Part shown: one piece after another, positions 37,232 to 47,013 of the stretch
How the letters are laid out: every line of letters begins with the position of its first letter
Position numbering within the stretch: the stretch's first letter is position 1
Assembly (NCBI GenBank): GCA_018652595.1
Contig: JABIBU010000013.1
Location: 93,043-157,042 of the forward strand
Length of the DNA stretch: 64,000 bases
Direction: 5' to 3'
From: Candidatus Magasanikiibacteriota bacterium
GTDB taxonomy: Bacteria; Patescibacteriota; Patescibacteriia; Magasanikbacterales; UBA922
Program-made: the position numbers and the translations under genes
Notes under the pieces: generated by a model
Told to the model about the DNA's origin: nothing
Database searches by the model: none
The model's input: only the letters and a program-made list of their open reading frames with translations

Positions 37232-38542
37232 TCAAGTTTTATTCATATTTTTTATAAATTCATTAAATTCATTTACTATATAATTCAGCATATCCTTGGA
37301 CAACCCAGGATGAACACCGATCCAAAAAGTATTAGTCATTACAAGATCAGTATTAACAAGATTATCTACAATCCTATATTTAATATTCTTTTCCACAAAA
37401 TAAGGTTGTTTTATAACGTTGCCGGCAAATAGAAGCCGTGTACCAATTTTCTTTTCATTTAAATGTTTTATTAAATCATCCCGTGTAAAACCCGCATCAT
37501 CTTTCACTGTCAAAAGAAAACCAAACCAACTAGACTCAGCCTTATCCGACCAACTAGGAAGAATAAAATAGTCTTCGTGTTTTTTTAATTTCTCATAAAG
37601 ATAGTCAAAATTGTCTCTTCTCTTTTGTATAAAATCCTCCAGTTTATCCAATTGTGCAACACCTAGAGCAGCCTGTATATCGGTCACCTTCAAATTATAA
37701 CCCATCTCAGAATAAATATATTTATGATCATACCCAAGAGGTAAATTGCCAAGCTTCCAAGAAAAACGTCTTTTACATGTATCATCCATACCTGTTCTAC
37801 ACCAGCAATCCCTACCCCAATCACGAATTGATTTAATTATGCGATATAGCAAAGCATCATCTGTAAACACAGCTCCACCCTCCCCCATAGTAATATGGTG
37901 TGCGGGATAAAAACTACATGTAGCCACATGTCCAAATGTACCTGTTTTTTTACCATCATACACAGAACCTAGAGCATCACAATTGTCTTCTACAAACCAA
38001 AGACCATGCTCTTCGCACAACTCGGCTATCTTATCCAACTCGCAAGGATTTCCCAAAGTATGTGCCAAAAAAATTGCTCGTGTTTTTGGGCCAATTGCTT
38101 TTTTTAATTTCTCTATATTTATATTGTATGTACCCAAATCAACATCTACAAAAACAGGAACCAAACCATTTTGAACTATAGGATTCACTGTTGTTGGAAA
38201 TCCTGCCGCAACACTAATAACCTCATCACCTGGTTTCAGTCTCCTATCCTTTAGCTTTGCAGACATCAGGGCAGAAAAAGCAACTAAATTTGCAGATGAA
38301 CCTGAATTAACTATAGCTGTAAACTTTACCCCCAACCACTCACTAAGCCTTTTTTCAAATAAATCTGAAAATCTTCCCTCTGTCCACCACCCGTCCAAAA
38401 CTGCTTCGGTCATATTTAATATTTCCTTCTCATCAAATGTTTTACCAGAGACAGGAATAAAAGATTCTCCTGGTACAAATTCTTTGGGAGAAAATCTTTC
38501 TTTGTATTCTTCTCCCAATAATTTTTTTAAGTTATCATTCAT
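37232..38542 (-). CDS. rfbH: CDP-4-dehydro-6-deoxyglucose 3-dehydrase E1 (RfbH/DdhC; PMP-dependent, DegT family)
   Basis: 436 aa. LKPGDEVISVAAGFPTTVNP, SFYPAHHITMGEGGAVFT and RDWGRDCWC...YDHKY..EMGYNLK are near-identical in pattern to Salmonella RfbH (recalled). Confidence 0.8.
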   Translation of the reverse strand: MNDNLKKLLGEEYKERFSPKEFVPGESFIPVSGKTFDEKEILNMTEAVLDGWWTEGRFSDLFEKRLSEWLGVKFTAIVNSGSSANLVAFSALMSAKLKDRRLKPGDEVISVAAGFPTTVNPIVQNGLVPVFVDVDLGTYNINIEKLKKAIGPKTRAIFLAHTLGNPCELDKIAELCEEHGLWFVEDNCDALGSVYDGKKTGTFGHVATCSFYPAHHITMGEGGAVFTDDALLYRIIKSIRDWGRDCWCRTGMDDTCKRRFSWKLGNLPLGYDHKYIYSEMGYNLKVTDIQAALGVAQLDKLEDFIQKRRDNFDYLYEKLKKHEDYFILPSWSDKAESSWFGFLLTVKDDAGFTRDDLIKHLNEKKIGTRLLFAGNVIKQPYFVEKNIKYRIVDNLVNTDLVMTNTFWIGVHPGLSKDMLNYIVNEFNEFIKNMNKT

Positions 38543-39425
38543 ACAAAAAATCTTTTTTATTTAATTTATTTAAAATAGTTTTATAATATTTTATCAACTC
38601 TAGCAATGATTGGTCTAGTTCAGTATATTCTATATTTTTTAGCTCTGATTTTAATCTTGAGATATCACATGTATACTCTTTATTCAAGTCAGGTTTATTA
38701 ATTTTTATATCTTTTTCCTCATCTAAAACATATAAAATTCTATGAACTATTGACGACAGAGACACTCTCTCCCCCCTGCCTATATTATAAAATTTGTGCT
38801 TTGTCTTTTCATTTTCAATAAAATATCCTAAAATTTTTACAAAATCATTCACATACAAATAGTCGAAATAAGTGTCTTGATTCATTGTTACAGGAAGACC
38901 TAGCAATACTTTGCAGATAATATTTGAAATAAATCTAGTTTTATAATCTTCATATTTCCCATAAACCCCAAACAATCTCAGGTGGGTAATGAAGCTAGCT
39001 TCCTCACAGTATTTTGCACATACATATTTATAAAAACCATATGGATCTTCTGGTACAGATTTATCAAAATCAGATTCTCTTATATTTTTTAATTCTTGTT
39101 GTTTATTATATTCTGCACCAGAACCTAAGAAAATCATCCTCTTGTACATTTTTTTTGCCCTAACTAGATTGAAAAACATTTTTAAATTATCCAATACAAT
39201 ACCTGGATTATCTTTCTCATTTCTAGCAACGCCCACTGCTGCTGCATGAATTACAATATCTACTTTTTCTTTTTTTAAAAAATTATAAACCAAGCTAGTG
39301 TCTAATAAATTTAATTCTTTACTATTTGGTGCCAGTATTTCGTACTTATCTCCCAATAGCTCAACTATATTTCTACCAAAAAAACCACTACCACCGGTTA
39401 AAAGAATTTTAATTTTCTTTTTCAT
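38535..39425 (-). CDS. NAD(P)-dependent sugar epimerase/reductase (SDR)
   Basis: ILLTGGSGFFGRNIV, YxxxK (YKYVCAKY), and 296 aa. Confidence 0.6.
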   Translation of the reverse strand: MKKKIKILLTGGSGFFGRNIVELLGDKYEILAPNSKELNLLDTSLVYNFLKKEKVDIVIHAAAVGVARNEKDNPGIVLDNLKMFFNLVRAKKMYKRMIFLGSGAEYNKQQELKNIRESDFDKSVPEDPYGFYKYVCAKYCEEASFITHLRLFGVYGKYEDYKTRFISNIICKVLLGLPVTMNQDTYFDYLYVNDFVKILGYFIENEKTKHKFYNIGRGERVSLSSIVHRILYVLDEEKDIKINKPDLNKEYTCDISRLKSELKNIEYTELDQSLLELIKYYKTILNKLNKKDFLYE

Positions 39426-40335
39426 ATATTTCCTTTATTATACCGACCACATTAGAGGTGGATAGACCAGACACACCTCTTAAATAATCTTGTCTGCCTA
39501 TTAATTTTGGGTACTCGTCATTAATTCCAATTCTTTTAAAACTGCATTTTTTATCAGATTCAGCAATAACCTCGGACACTGCACTACCCAGACCTCCTAT
39601 GTAGCTGTGTTCTTCAAGGGTGATAATAATTTTTCTATTGGAAATTAAATTCTCTATCAAGTCTACATCCAGTGGTTTTAAGGTGTGAAAACTAATTACT
39701 TCTACGTCAATCTTATCATTTTTAAGCAATTGGGCGGCTTCTAGAGCAATTTCTGTAATAGAACCTGTGGACAATATACTAACTTCTTTACCTTCTCGTA
39801 AAATACGCCCCTTACCAAAACTAATTTCTTTATTTTTTGAACTTAAATTTTCTTCACCACCCCTATTCAATCTAATAAAAAAAGGGCCTTTGTTTTTAAT
39901 AATATATTCTATTAATTTTTCTGCCTCCAAAGGATCTGCTGGAGATATAATTTTCATATTTGGCAAAACACGCATCACTGCTATATCCTCAATAGAATGA
40001 TGTGTGGCACCCAAAGTGCCGTAAGCAAAACCAGCACCAACCCCCACAACCGTTACATCCAAATTTTGATAACAAATATCAACTCGTATTTGTTCCAAAC
40101 AGCGCATAGTCACAAAAGGCATTATTGAATAAATAAAAACTTTTTTACCCTGCAAGGCTAATCCAGCGGCAACACCAACCATATTTTGCTCAGAAATACC
40201 GACATTAAAGACCTGCTCTGGTAATTCATTTTGAAAATCTTCTATAACTGAAAAACCCAAATCTGCCGTTAAAAAAATAATATTTTTATTCTTCCTGGCA
40301 GCCTCATGAATTGTATTTATAACCGTATTTCTCAT
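39409..40335 (-). CDS. Transketolase, C-terminal (pyrimidine-binding + C-terminal domain) subunit
   Basis: About 308 aa matching the C-terminal half of split transketolases (IFLTADLG...GISEQNMVGVAAG...GATHHSIEDIA). Confidence 0.8.
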   Translation of the reverse strand: MRNTVINTIHEAARKNKNIIFLTADLGFSVIEDFQNELPEQVFNVGISEQNMVGVAAGLALQGKKVFIYSIMPFVTMRCLEQIRVDICYQNLDVTVVGVGAGFAYGTLGATHHSIEDIAVMRVLPNMKIISPADPLEAEKLIEYIIKNKGPFFIRLNRGGEENLSSKNKEISFGKGRILREGKEVSILSTGSITEIALEAAQLLKNDKIDVEVISFHTLKPLDVDLIENLISNRKIIITLEEHSYIGGLGSAVSEVIAESDKKCSFKRIGINDEYPKLIGRQDYLRGVSGLSTSNVVGIIKEIYEKEN

Positions 40336-41144
40336 ATTTTTTCTAATTCACTAATTGCCATTTTATACTCTTCTTCATTAGGGCTTTTGTAATGCCACTT
40401 GATCTTATCCTCCATAAAGGATACACCTTTACCTTTCACAGTATTGGCAATTAAGACTGAGGGCTTTTCTCCCTTTTTTTGAGAAAAAGAAGTTAATTGA
40501 GTATCTAGCGCATTTAAATCATGCCCATCAACTTCTTTTACATCCCAACCAAAAGACTCCCATTTTTTAGCCATTTCATTCATATTAATAATATTATCAG
40601 TTTTTCCCAAACCCTGTTGCTTGTTAACATCTACGATTAAAATAATATTTTTAAGTTTAAACTGGCTACAAAACATAGCAGCCTCCCAAACTGAACCCTC
40701 ATTACACTCTCCATCACCCAAAATACAATAAAATTTTCTATTATTATATCTATTTGCCAAGGCCATACCAGCTGTCATGGATAAACCATGCCCCAAAGAA
40801 CCAGCAGTAGCCTCTACTCCAGATAGGCAATCTTTTATTACATGCCCAGCTATTTTTGAACCATTTTCACAAAAACCTTCCAAATTACTTATAGGAAAAA
40901 ACCCCCTCAAAGCCAAGGTGGAATACAGTGCTGCAGCAGCGTGCCCCTTACTCAATACAAAAATATCCCTATCTTCAAAATTTGGTTTTGATGGTTTGAT
41001 ATTCATTACTTGAAAATATAAGACAGTCAGTATGTCAATAATACTAAAACACGAACCAATATGAGAACTCTTCGACTTATAAATCATCTCTAATACCTGT
41101 CGTCTAATCTCCGAAGTCTTAATTTTTAATTCTTTTTTATTCAT
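40332..41144 (-). CDS. Transketolase, N-terminal ThDP-binding subunit
   Basis: GHAAAALYS...GSLGHGLS...LGDGECNEG (ThDP motif GDG-x-N). Start set at MNKKEL to avoid a 58-nt overlap with the upstream gene. Confidence 0.8.
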   Translation of the reverse strand: MNKKELKIKTSEIRRQVLEMIYKSKSSHIGSCFSIIDILTVLYFQVMNIKPSKPNFEDRDIFVLSKGHAAAALYSTLALRGFFPISNLEGFCENGSKIAGHVIKDCLSGVEATAGSLGHGLSMTAGMALANRYNNRKFYCILGDGECNEGSVWEAAMFCSQFKLKNIILIVDVNKQQGLGKTDNIINMNEMAKKWESFGWDVKEVDGHDLNALDTQLTSFSQKKGEKPSVLIANTVKGKGVSFMEDKIKWHYKSPNEEEYKMAISELEKI

Positions 41145-42102
41145 GTCCAAAATATTTTTTATACCAATTATAGGTCTCTTTAATACTATCTTCAAAGCTA
41201 CTCTTTGCTTTCCAATTTAAAACTTTTTCTGCTTTATCATAATTTAAACTTTGAGCTGGAATCTCATTTGTTTGATTATTTACTATTTTATAATCAATTT
41301 TTTCTTCCAAAACCGCCCCCATCTTCTCAATCAAATCTAATACAGAAAAATTATAACCGGAACTAAAATTGAAAGCTTCGCCTTTTGATTTGTCTATTTG
41401 TTCAGCAAGTTGAATATAGCCATCTACCACATCCTTTACATAAACATAATCGCGAACAAAAGTACCATCGCTTCTTAATTCCAAAGTACTCTTATCTAAA
41501 ACAGACTTCACAACCCCTGGTATAATACGATTCATATTCAAATCTCCAGGACCATAGATATTCCCGAACCTACTAACTGTTACGGGTAAATCGTAAGTAT
41601 TGTGATATGCCAAAGAAATCAAATCAGCACAAGACTTTGAAACATCGTATGGATGGTCACCGCCCATAGCATTTTCTTCTGTGGCATCTGTACAATCCTT
41701 GCCATATGCTTTGTCACTAGAAGCAACCACCAATGCCTTAACTCTGGGAGACATTTTGACTGCCTCTAGAATATTTACTGTACCCATTACATTGGTACTA
41801 ATAGCTTCATAAGGATTGATCACTGCGGTTGGCACTATAGCTTGGGCGCCTATATGAAATACATAATCAATTTCATATTTTGTTACTACATTCATAATTC
41901 TTTCTTTATCATTCAAGTCACCGTATGCACAAACAACACTCTCATCCAATTTGTTCATATAAAAATATGAACTAGGGTCCTTACTACGAACCAGACAAAC
42001 TATTTTATAAGGTTTCAATTTCAAAAGCTCTTCCACCAAGTGAGAGCCAACCAAACCAGTCGCTCCTGTTATCAAAATATTTTTTCCTGTTAGATTTGAC
42101 AT
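41137..42102 (-). CDS. CDP-glucose 4,6-dehydratase-like SDR (RfbG/DdhB-like)
   Basis: ILITGATGLVGSHL, STNVMGTVNILEA and SSDKAYG resemble RfbG blocks (STNVMGT, SDKCYDN). Confidence 0.65.
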   Translation of the reverse strand: MSNLTGKNILITGATGLVGSHLVEELLKLKPYKIVCLVRSKDPSSYFYMNKLDESVVCAYGDLNDKERIMNVVTKYEIDYVFHIGAQAIVPTAVINPYEAISTNVMGTVNILEAVKMSPRVKALVVASSDKAYGKDCTDATEENAMGGDHPYDVSKSCADLISLAYHNTYDLPVTVSRFGNIYGPGDLNMNRIIPGVVKSVLDKSTLELRSDGTFVRDYVYVKDVVDGYIQLAEQIDKSKGEAFNFSSGYNFSVLDLIEKMGAVLEEKIDYKIVNNQTNEIPAQSLNYDKAEKVLNWKAKSSFEDSIKETYNWYKKYFGHE

Positions 42103-42117
42103 AAAAAAATTATTATA

Positions 42118-42906
42118 TTAATTCCAAACTTTCCAAAAAGGATTTTTTGCCCAAAGTTCGTTCATCTCCTCGACCTCTTTATAATTGTCCATGCATTTCC
42201 ATCTTCCTGGACTATTATAAACCATGACCTGACCATCTTTGGCGAGTTTTGAGAAAACACTTTCAATCATACTATCATCTTCGATAAAATCAAAGATATC
42301 TCTTCTAAATACCATAAACCCCCCATTAATAAGATCCTTTGCGCCTTCATTTTCATCCTCTGTAGTGACATTGTGTTGTGCAAAGTTAATCACTTTACTA
42401 TCAGCATCAATATTTAAAAAACCAAAACGAGTAGCCGGCTTCACTCCAGTAATGGTCGCCACAAGACCGTGCTCTTTGTGAAATTCAACAAGTTTAGAAA
42501 TATCTATATCAGCAACACCATCACCATAAGTAACCATAAAATGCTCGTCATTGCCTATATATTTTTTCAGACGCTTGATACGCTCACCTGTTAAACTTTT
42601 TAAACCTGTCTCTGCGAGAGTAACATTAAAATCATCGCAATGATTATTATGCATTACCATATCACCTGTCTTGGTGTTTAGGGTAAAATCATTAACAAAG
42701 GTACGCTCATGTAAGAAATAATCTTTTATCAGATCACCCTTATACCCCAAGGCCAATATAAAATCATTGAAACCATAGTGAGCATATATTTTCATAATAT
42801 GCCACAATATTGGCTTGCCACCTACCGATACCAATGGTTTTGGCTTAAACTCTGTCTCCTCCTTCATACGTGTGCCTGTTCCCCCACACAAAATTATTGT
42901 TTTCAT
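42118..42906 (-). CDS. rfbF: Glucose-1-phosphate cytidylyltransferase (RfbF/DdhA)
   Basis: MKTIILCGGTGTRMKEE...KPKPLVSVGGKPILWHIMKIY...TYGDGVADIDI...INGGFMVF parallels Salmonella RfbF throughout (recalled). Confidence 0.8.
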   Translation of the reverse strand: MKTIILCGGTGTRMKEETEFKPKPLVSVGGKPILWHIMKIYAHYGFNDFILALGYKGDLIKDYFLHERTFVNDFTLNTKTGDMVMHNNHCDDFNVTLAETGLKSLTGERIKRLKKYIGNDEHFMVTYGDGVADIDISKLVEFHKEHGLVATITGVKPATRFGFLNIDADSKVINFAQHNVTTEDENEGAKDLINGGFMVFRRDIFDFIEDDSMIESVFSKLAKDGQVMVYNSPGRWKCMDNYKEVEEMNELWAKNPFWKVWN

Positions 42907-42922
42907 ATGTTAAATATTATAT

Positions 42923-43792
42923 TTATTTTTTTAAAATTATATCCCACTGATCTTTGCCTAGAATAATCTGACCCAGTAAGAGACTTTTTATTAGACGGAA
43001 TAGTCTTTTTTTCTCTGACCAGTCAAACTTTTTTATTAAACTAATAATATTTTCATTTCCTGCTCTCACTGCTTTTTTATTTAAAATTTTTAAGCCACTT
43101 TTTTCACAAATATAATCAATTGATCCTGAAGAAAAGAAATTTAAATGACCAAATGGCAATACCATGCCCCATTTACCTTTCATCATCCTGGCTTTCAAAC
43201 AATCTTTATTAGGAAAATTTAAATATATGATTGCATCCTCGTTCGCTACTTTACTTACTTTTTTTATCATAGACTTTGGATCAGCAACGTGCTCTAAAAC
43301 ATCCCCAAAAACTATAATATCAAACCTAACACCCACTGGTAAATCATTTACATCTTGGACAACTTTCAATTTTTCACTTTTTCCCCACCATCCTGGCTCA
43401 ACACCATATGACATATCCGCCCTTTCAGAAAAATACTTCAACAAATTTCCACTTCCACATCCTATTTCTAAATAATTAAACTCGGTTTTATCAATACACC
43501 TAGTCAGTCTTGAGAAAATTTTCTCAGCATAAATATTATCAGGAGATGTCCCACTATAACCAGGTGGATAAACTACAAATCCAGAACCCTCTCCATACCA
43601 CTTCGATAATACTTCTTGTCTTGGCATAGGATCAATCCACCAATGACTACAGATACTACACTCACGTAAACTTACCTTGTCATCGCAATTTTTATTTATA
43701 ATTTGTACATAATTATCAATAATTTTTGATTTACCAGAACAAACTGTACAATCTACTTGGGCTATTAACCAACTATTATCTATCTTGTCCAT
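42923..43792 (-). CDS. Class I SAM-dependent methyltransferase with an N-terminal Cys-rich zinc ribbon
   Basis: CTVCSG...CSICSHWW followed by LEIGCGSGNLL and DIIVFGDVLEH. Confidence 0.65.
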   Translation of the reverse strand: MDKIDNSWLIAQVDCTVCSGKSKIIDNYVQIINKNCDDKVSLRECSICSHWWIDPMPRQEVLSKWYGEGSGFVVYPPGYSGTSPDNIYAEKIFSRLTRCIDKTEFNYLEIGCGSGNLLKYFSERADMSYGVEPGWWGKSEKLKVVQDVNDLPVGVRFDIIVFGDVLEHVADPKSMIKKVSKVANEDAIIYLNFPNKDCLKARMMKGKWGMVLPFGHLNFFSSGSIDYICEKSGLKILNKKAVRAGNENIISLIKKFDWSEKKRLFRLIKSLLLGQIILGKDQWDIILKK

Positions 43793-43842
43793 ATTAATTT
43801 TTTTAAAATAAAAATATATATTTATTTACACAATGTCAATAA

Positions 43843-44685
43843 TTATTTTATATAATCAATTAAGGCTTCTTGCCAATTGCGTAATACTGGCACATTTATT
43901 TCTTTCAATCTTTTGTTTTCCAAAATAGAATTTTGTGGTCTTTTTATTTTTGTCCCACTCTCACTTGTCTTTATTGGAATAGGAGCAGATTCAATCTTAG
44001 AAAATTCTAATATTTTATTTGCAAATTCATACCAGGAACAATGCCCACTATTCGTTATGTGATAAACTCCAGGCTCAGCATCTAATACTATCAATTCATT
44101 TATTTTTTTTGCTAGATCATTTGTATATGTTGGAGAGCCAATCTGATCTTCCACTACTCTAATTTCTTCTTTTTCTCTGGCTTTCAAAATCATTGTCTTT
44201 ACAAAATTTTTCTCACTATTATCTTTATTATTACCAAAGAGCCAGCTCGTACGTATAATTAAATTATTTTCATTTGCCAACTGCACCATATATTCTCCAG
44301 ATAGTTTTGATGCACCATATACATTTAGGGGTCTTGGGCAATCTATTTCGGAAAAACTATTTTGGTCTCCACCAAACACATAGTCAGTACTTATGTGTAC
44401 AATTTTTGCTCCAAAATCATTAGATACTTTTGCAAGAAGATACGGCCCGAAAGCATTAACCCTATAAGCATCCTCTATACATTCTTCTGCTTGTTCCACC
44501 TTATTATATGCGGCACAATTTATCACAATATTAGGATTATATTTACCAAACACTTCTAGTATAGCGTCTTTATTTGTAATATCCAAACCGATCCTATCCA
44601 ATGCAATATAGTCTACTCCCAATCCAGAAAACAGCTGTTGCAATGCATTTCCAAGTTGTCCATTAGACCCAGTAATCAATATCAT
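43843..44685 (-). CDS. rmlD: dTDP-4-dehydrorhamnose reductase
   Basis: MILITGSNGQLG, VINCAAY, HISTDYVFGG and NVYGASKLSGE match the RmlD pattern. Confidence 0.8.
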   Translation of the reverse strand: MILITGSNGQLGNALQQLFSGLGVDYIALDRIGLDITNKDAILEVFGKYNPNIVINCAAYNKVEQAEECIEDAYRVNAFGPYLLAKVSNDFGAKIVHISTDYVFGGDQNSFSEIDCPRPLNVYGASKLSGEYMVQLANENNLIIRTSWLFGNNKDNSEKNFVKTMILKAREKEEIRVVEDQIGSPTYTNDLAKKINELIVLDAEPGVYHITNSGHCSWYEFANKILEFSKIESAPIPIKTSESGTKIKRPQNSILENKRLKEINVPVLRNWQEALIDYIK

Positions 44686-44697
44686 ATTGCAAAAACT

Positions 44698-47007
44698 CTA
44701 ATAATAATCTGCTCTCTGTTGACGATCATAATGTTTAATAAACTCTTCTTTATTTTTTACATCTTTCCACCATGCTTCATTGTTAATATACCACTCTACA
44801 GTATGTTTCATAGCATCTTCGAAATTATGCTGAGACGACCAGCCGAGATTCTGACTTAATTTTGTAGAATCTGGAGCATAACGCAAATCTGCACCAGGAC
44901 GATCATTTGTGTGCTCTACACACTCAGATAGCTCCTTCTCCAATGCCAACATATCTCTAATTGATCCTAAAATTTCAAGATTAGTTTTTGGTGTACCACT
45001 CACATTATATATATGCCCATCCTCTCCTTTGTGTATTACAATATCAATAGCGTTACAAAAATCATTAACATATATCCATGATCGTATATGCATGCCATCA
45101 CCATGGACAGGAATTTTTTTATCTTCAATCAAATTTGAAATTGCAAGTGGAATCAATTTTTCTGGATATTGATATGGACCAAAATTATTTGACCCTCTTA
45201 TAATTAGAGCGGGTAATCCATGACTACGAATATAAGACCTAACAACCAGATCTGCACTAGCTTTAGAGGCGGCATAAGGATTGGATGGATTTGGAGAAGA
45301 CATTTCTGTAGAATGCCCCTCTGGTATATCTCCATAAACCTCATCTGTTGATATCTGCAAAAAACGTGGTATACCGTGTATACGACACTCTTCTACCAAC
45401 ATATGGGTTCCAACAATATTAGTATTTATAAAATCATAAGATGAACACAGTGAACGATCAACATGGGACTCCGCAGCAAAATTTACAACTACATCAAACT
45501 TATTATTGCTAAAAAGATTATCTAGAAAAACCTTATCACAAATATTACCATGAATAAAATTGTATCTTTTATTTTCCTTGGTTTTTCCCAACTCTATTTC
45601 TGTTATGTCTAACAAATTATTTTGATTTCCAGAATAAGTAAGTAAGTCTAGATTAAATAATTCATAATCTTCATACTTATTATAAAGATGGCGTATAAAA
45701 TTTGAGCCGATAAAACCAGAACCACCGCAAATCAATATCTTTTTCCTGTCACCCTTGGGAACACTTTTTAATTTACTATTGCTAGAAATTACTTCACCAC
45801 TTGGCAAGATAAAAGAACCGCCCGCCTCTAAAAAATCTTTCTCTTTTTCAAGAATAACTTCCAGGTAATTCCAGGCTAACAATAAAAAATAATCTGGTAA
45901 ATTTTGATGTGCAGAAACACTATCGATAGTTGGGATGTGCATACCAGGAGTAAATAATCCCTGTTTGGCTTGTAAATCCTCCAAAGCATAGTTTAGTACG
46001 CTATCATCTAAACCACAGTAATTTAGCATGGTATTCCCCTTTGCAGGTGCCCCATAAGCAGCTATTTTTTTACCGGAATTTTTCAAATCAGTCAAGAGTC
46101 CAACTAATTTTTGTTTTTGTGCCTTAACCTTTTGTGCCAACACACTATATGCGCTTATAGAATTCAAGCCCAACTCTAATTCTCTGTCAATCCATTTTTG
46201 TACACTATTACTAACACTATGTTTGCCAGCACGCCCCACAAACAAGCGCAAGGATCTTCCTTGTACTTTGTGAACCTCCACATCAAAAATTTCAAATCCA
46301 TACTGTTCAAAAAGTTTTTTCAATGGGCGAACCGCCAAAAATGATAAATGCTCATGATAAATAGTATCGTATGTCAAATTTTCAAACATATCAATCAAAT
46401 AAGGGGCCTCCATAACAAATACTCCGTCTTCATCGAGTAATTTATCAATACCTTTTACTAGATCGTGGTGATCATCTATATGTGCGACCACATTATTAGC
46501 CATTATTATTTTGGCTTTCCCGTGTTTTTCTGCAATATTTGCACCCACCACTTCTGAAAAGTAATCTACGATTGTTTCTACCCCCACCCTATCTGCAACT
46601 TTCACTACATTTTCAGCTGGGTCTACTCCCAAGGCTCTATAACCCAGATCTTTAAAAAATTTTAATAATATACCATCATTACTTGCTATTTCTACAACAA
46701 AATTTCCAGGTTCCAAAAAACGCTCTACAACATCTTCGGCATATACCTGAAAATGATTTGATAGCTTGGGCATTCCAGAAGAAAAATAAATATAATCAGC
46801 AAACATCTCTTCCTTATTCACAACATCCAAAAGCTGTGCGAGATTACACTCATGACAAAAATATGCAGCAAGTGGATACTTTTTTTCATTTGAAAAATCA
46901 GATTTATTTTTCAAAAAAGAATTGGCAAGGGGCTGATCGCCCAAATCCAAAAATTTTGTTAATTCTTCACTCTTACAAATTCTACATTTTGTATTATGTT
47001 TATGCAT
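44698..47007 (-). CDS. Bifunctional fusion of a sugar C-methyltransferase (N-terminal) and dTDP-glucose 4,6-dehydratase RmlB (C-terminal)
   Basis: N-terminal CRICKS...CHECN zinc ribbon plus a SAM MTase and C-MT C-terminal domain. The C-terminal ~330 aa carry ILICGGSGFIGSNFI, YAASKASAD and DGMHIRSWIYVNDF (RmlB). There is no internal start codon at the junction. Confidence 0.75.
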   Translation of the reverse strand: MHKHNTKCRICKSEELTKFLDLGDQPLANSFLKNKSDFSNEKKYPLAAYFCHECNLAQLLDVVNKEEMFADYIYFSSGMPKLSNHFQVYAEDVVERFLEPGNFVVEIASNDGILLKFFKDLGYRALGVDPAENVVKVADRVGVETIVDYFSEVVGANIAEKHGKAKIIMANNVVAHIDDHHDLVKGIDKLLDEDGVFVMEAPYLIDMFENLTYDTIYHEHLSFLAVRPLKKLFEQYGFEIFDVEVHKVQGRSLRLFVGRAGKHSVSNSVQKWIDRELELGLNSISAYSVLAQKVKAQKQKLVGLLTDLKNSGKKIAAYGAPAKGNTMLNYCGLDDSVLNYALEDLQAKQGLFTPGMHIPTIDSVSAHQNLPDYFLLLAWNYLEVILEKEKDFLEAGGSFILPSGEVISSNSKLKSVPKGDRKKILICGGSGFIGSNFIRHLYNKYEDYELFNLDLLTYSGNQNNLLDITEIELGKTKENKRYNFIHGNICDKVFLDNLFSNNKFDVVVNFAAESHVDRSLCSSYDFINTNIVGTHMLVEECRIHGIPRFLQISTDEVYGDIPEGHSTEMSSPNPSNPYAASKASADLVVRSYIRSHGLPALIIRGSNNFGPYQYPEKLIPLAISNLIEDKKIPVHGDGMHIRSWIYVNDFCNAIDIVIHKGEDGHIYNVSGTPKTNLEILGSIRDMLALEKELSECVEHTNDRPGADLRYAPDSTKLSQNLGWSSQHNFEDAMKHTVEWYINNEAWWKDVKNKEEFIKHYDRQQRADYY

Positions 47008-47013
47008 ATTTCA

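Noticed and set aside
30217-42906. A canonical E3 (RfbI/DdhD) reductase gene and rmlA
   Set aside because: No about 330-aa [2Fe-2S]/FNR-like ORF is present, and no thymidylyltransferase separate from the RfbF-like cytidylyltransferase. They may lie outside the window, so their absence is noted rather than annotated.
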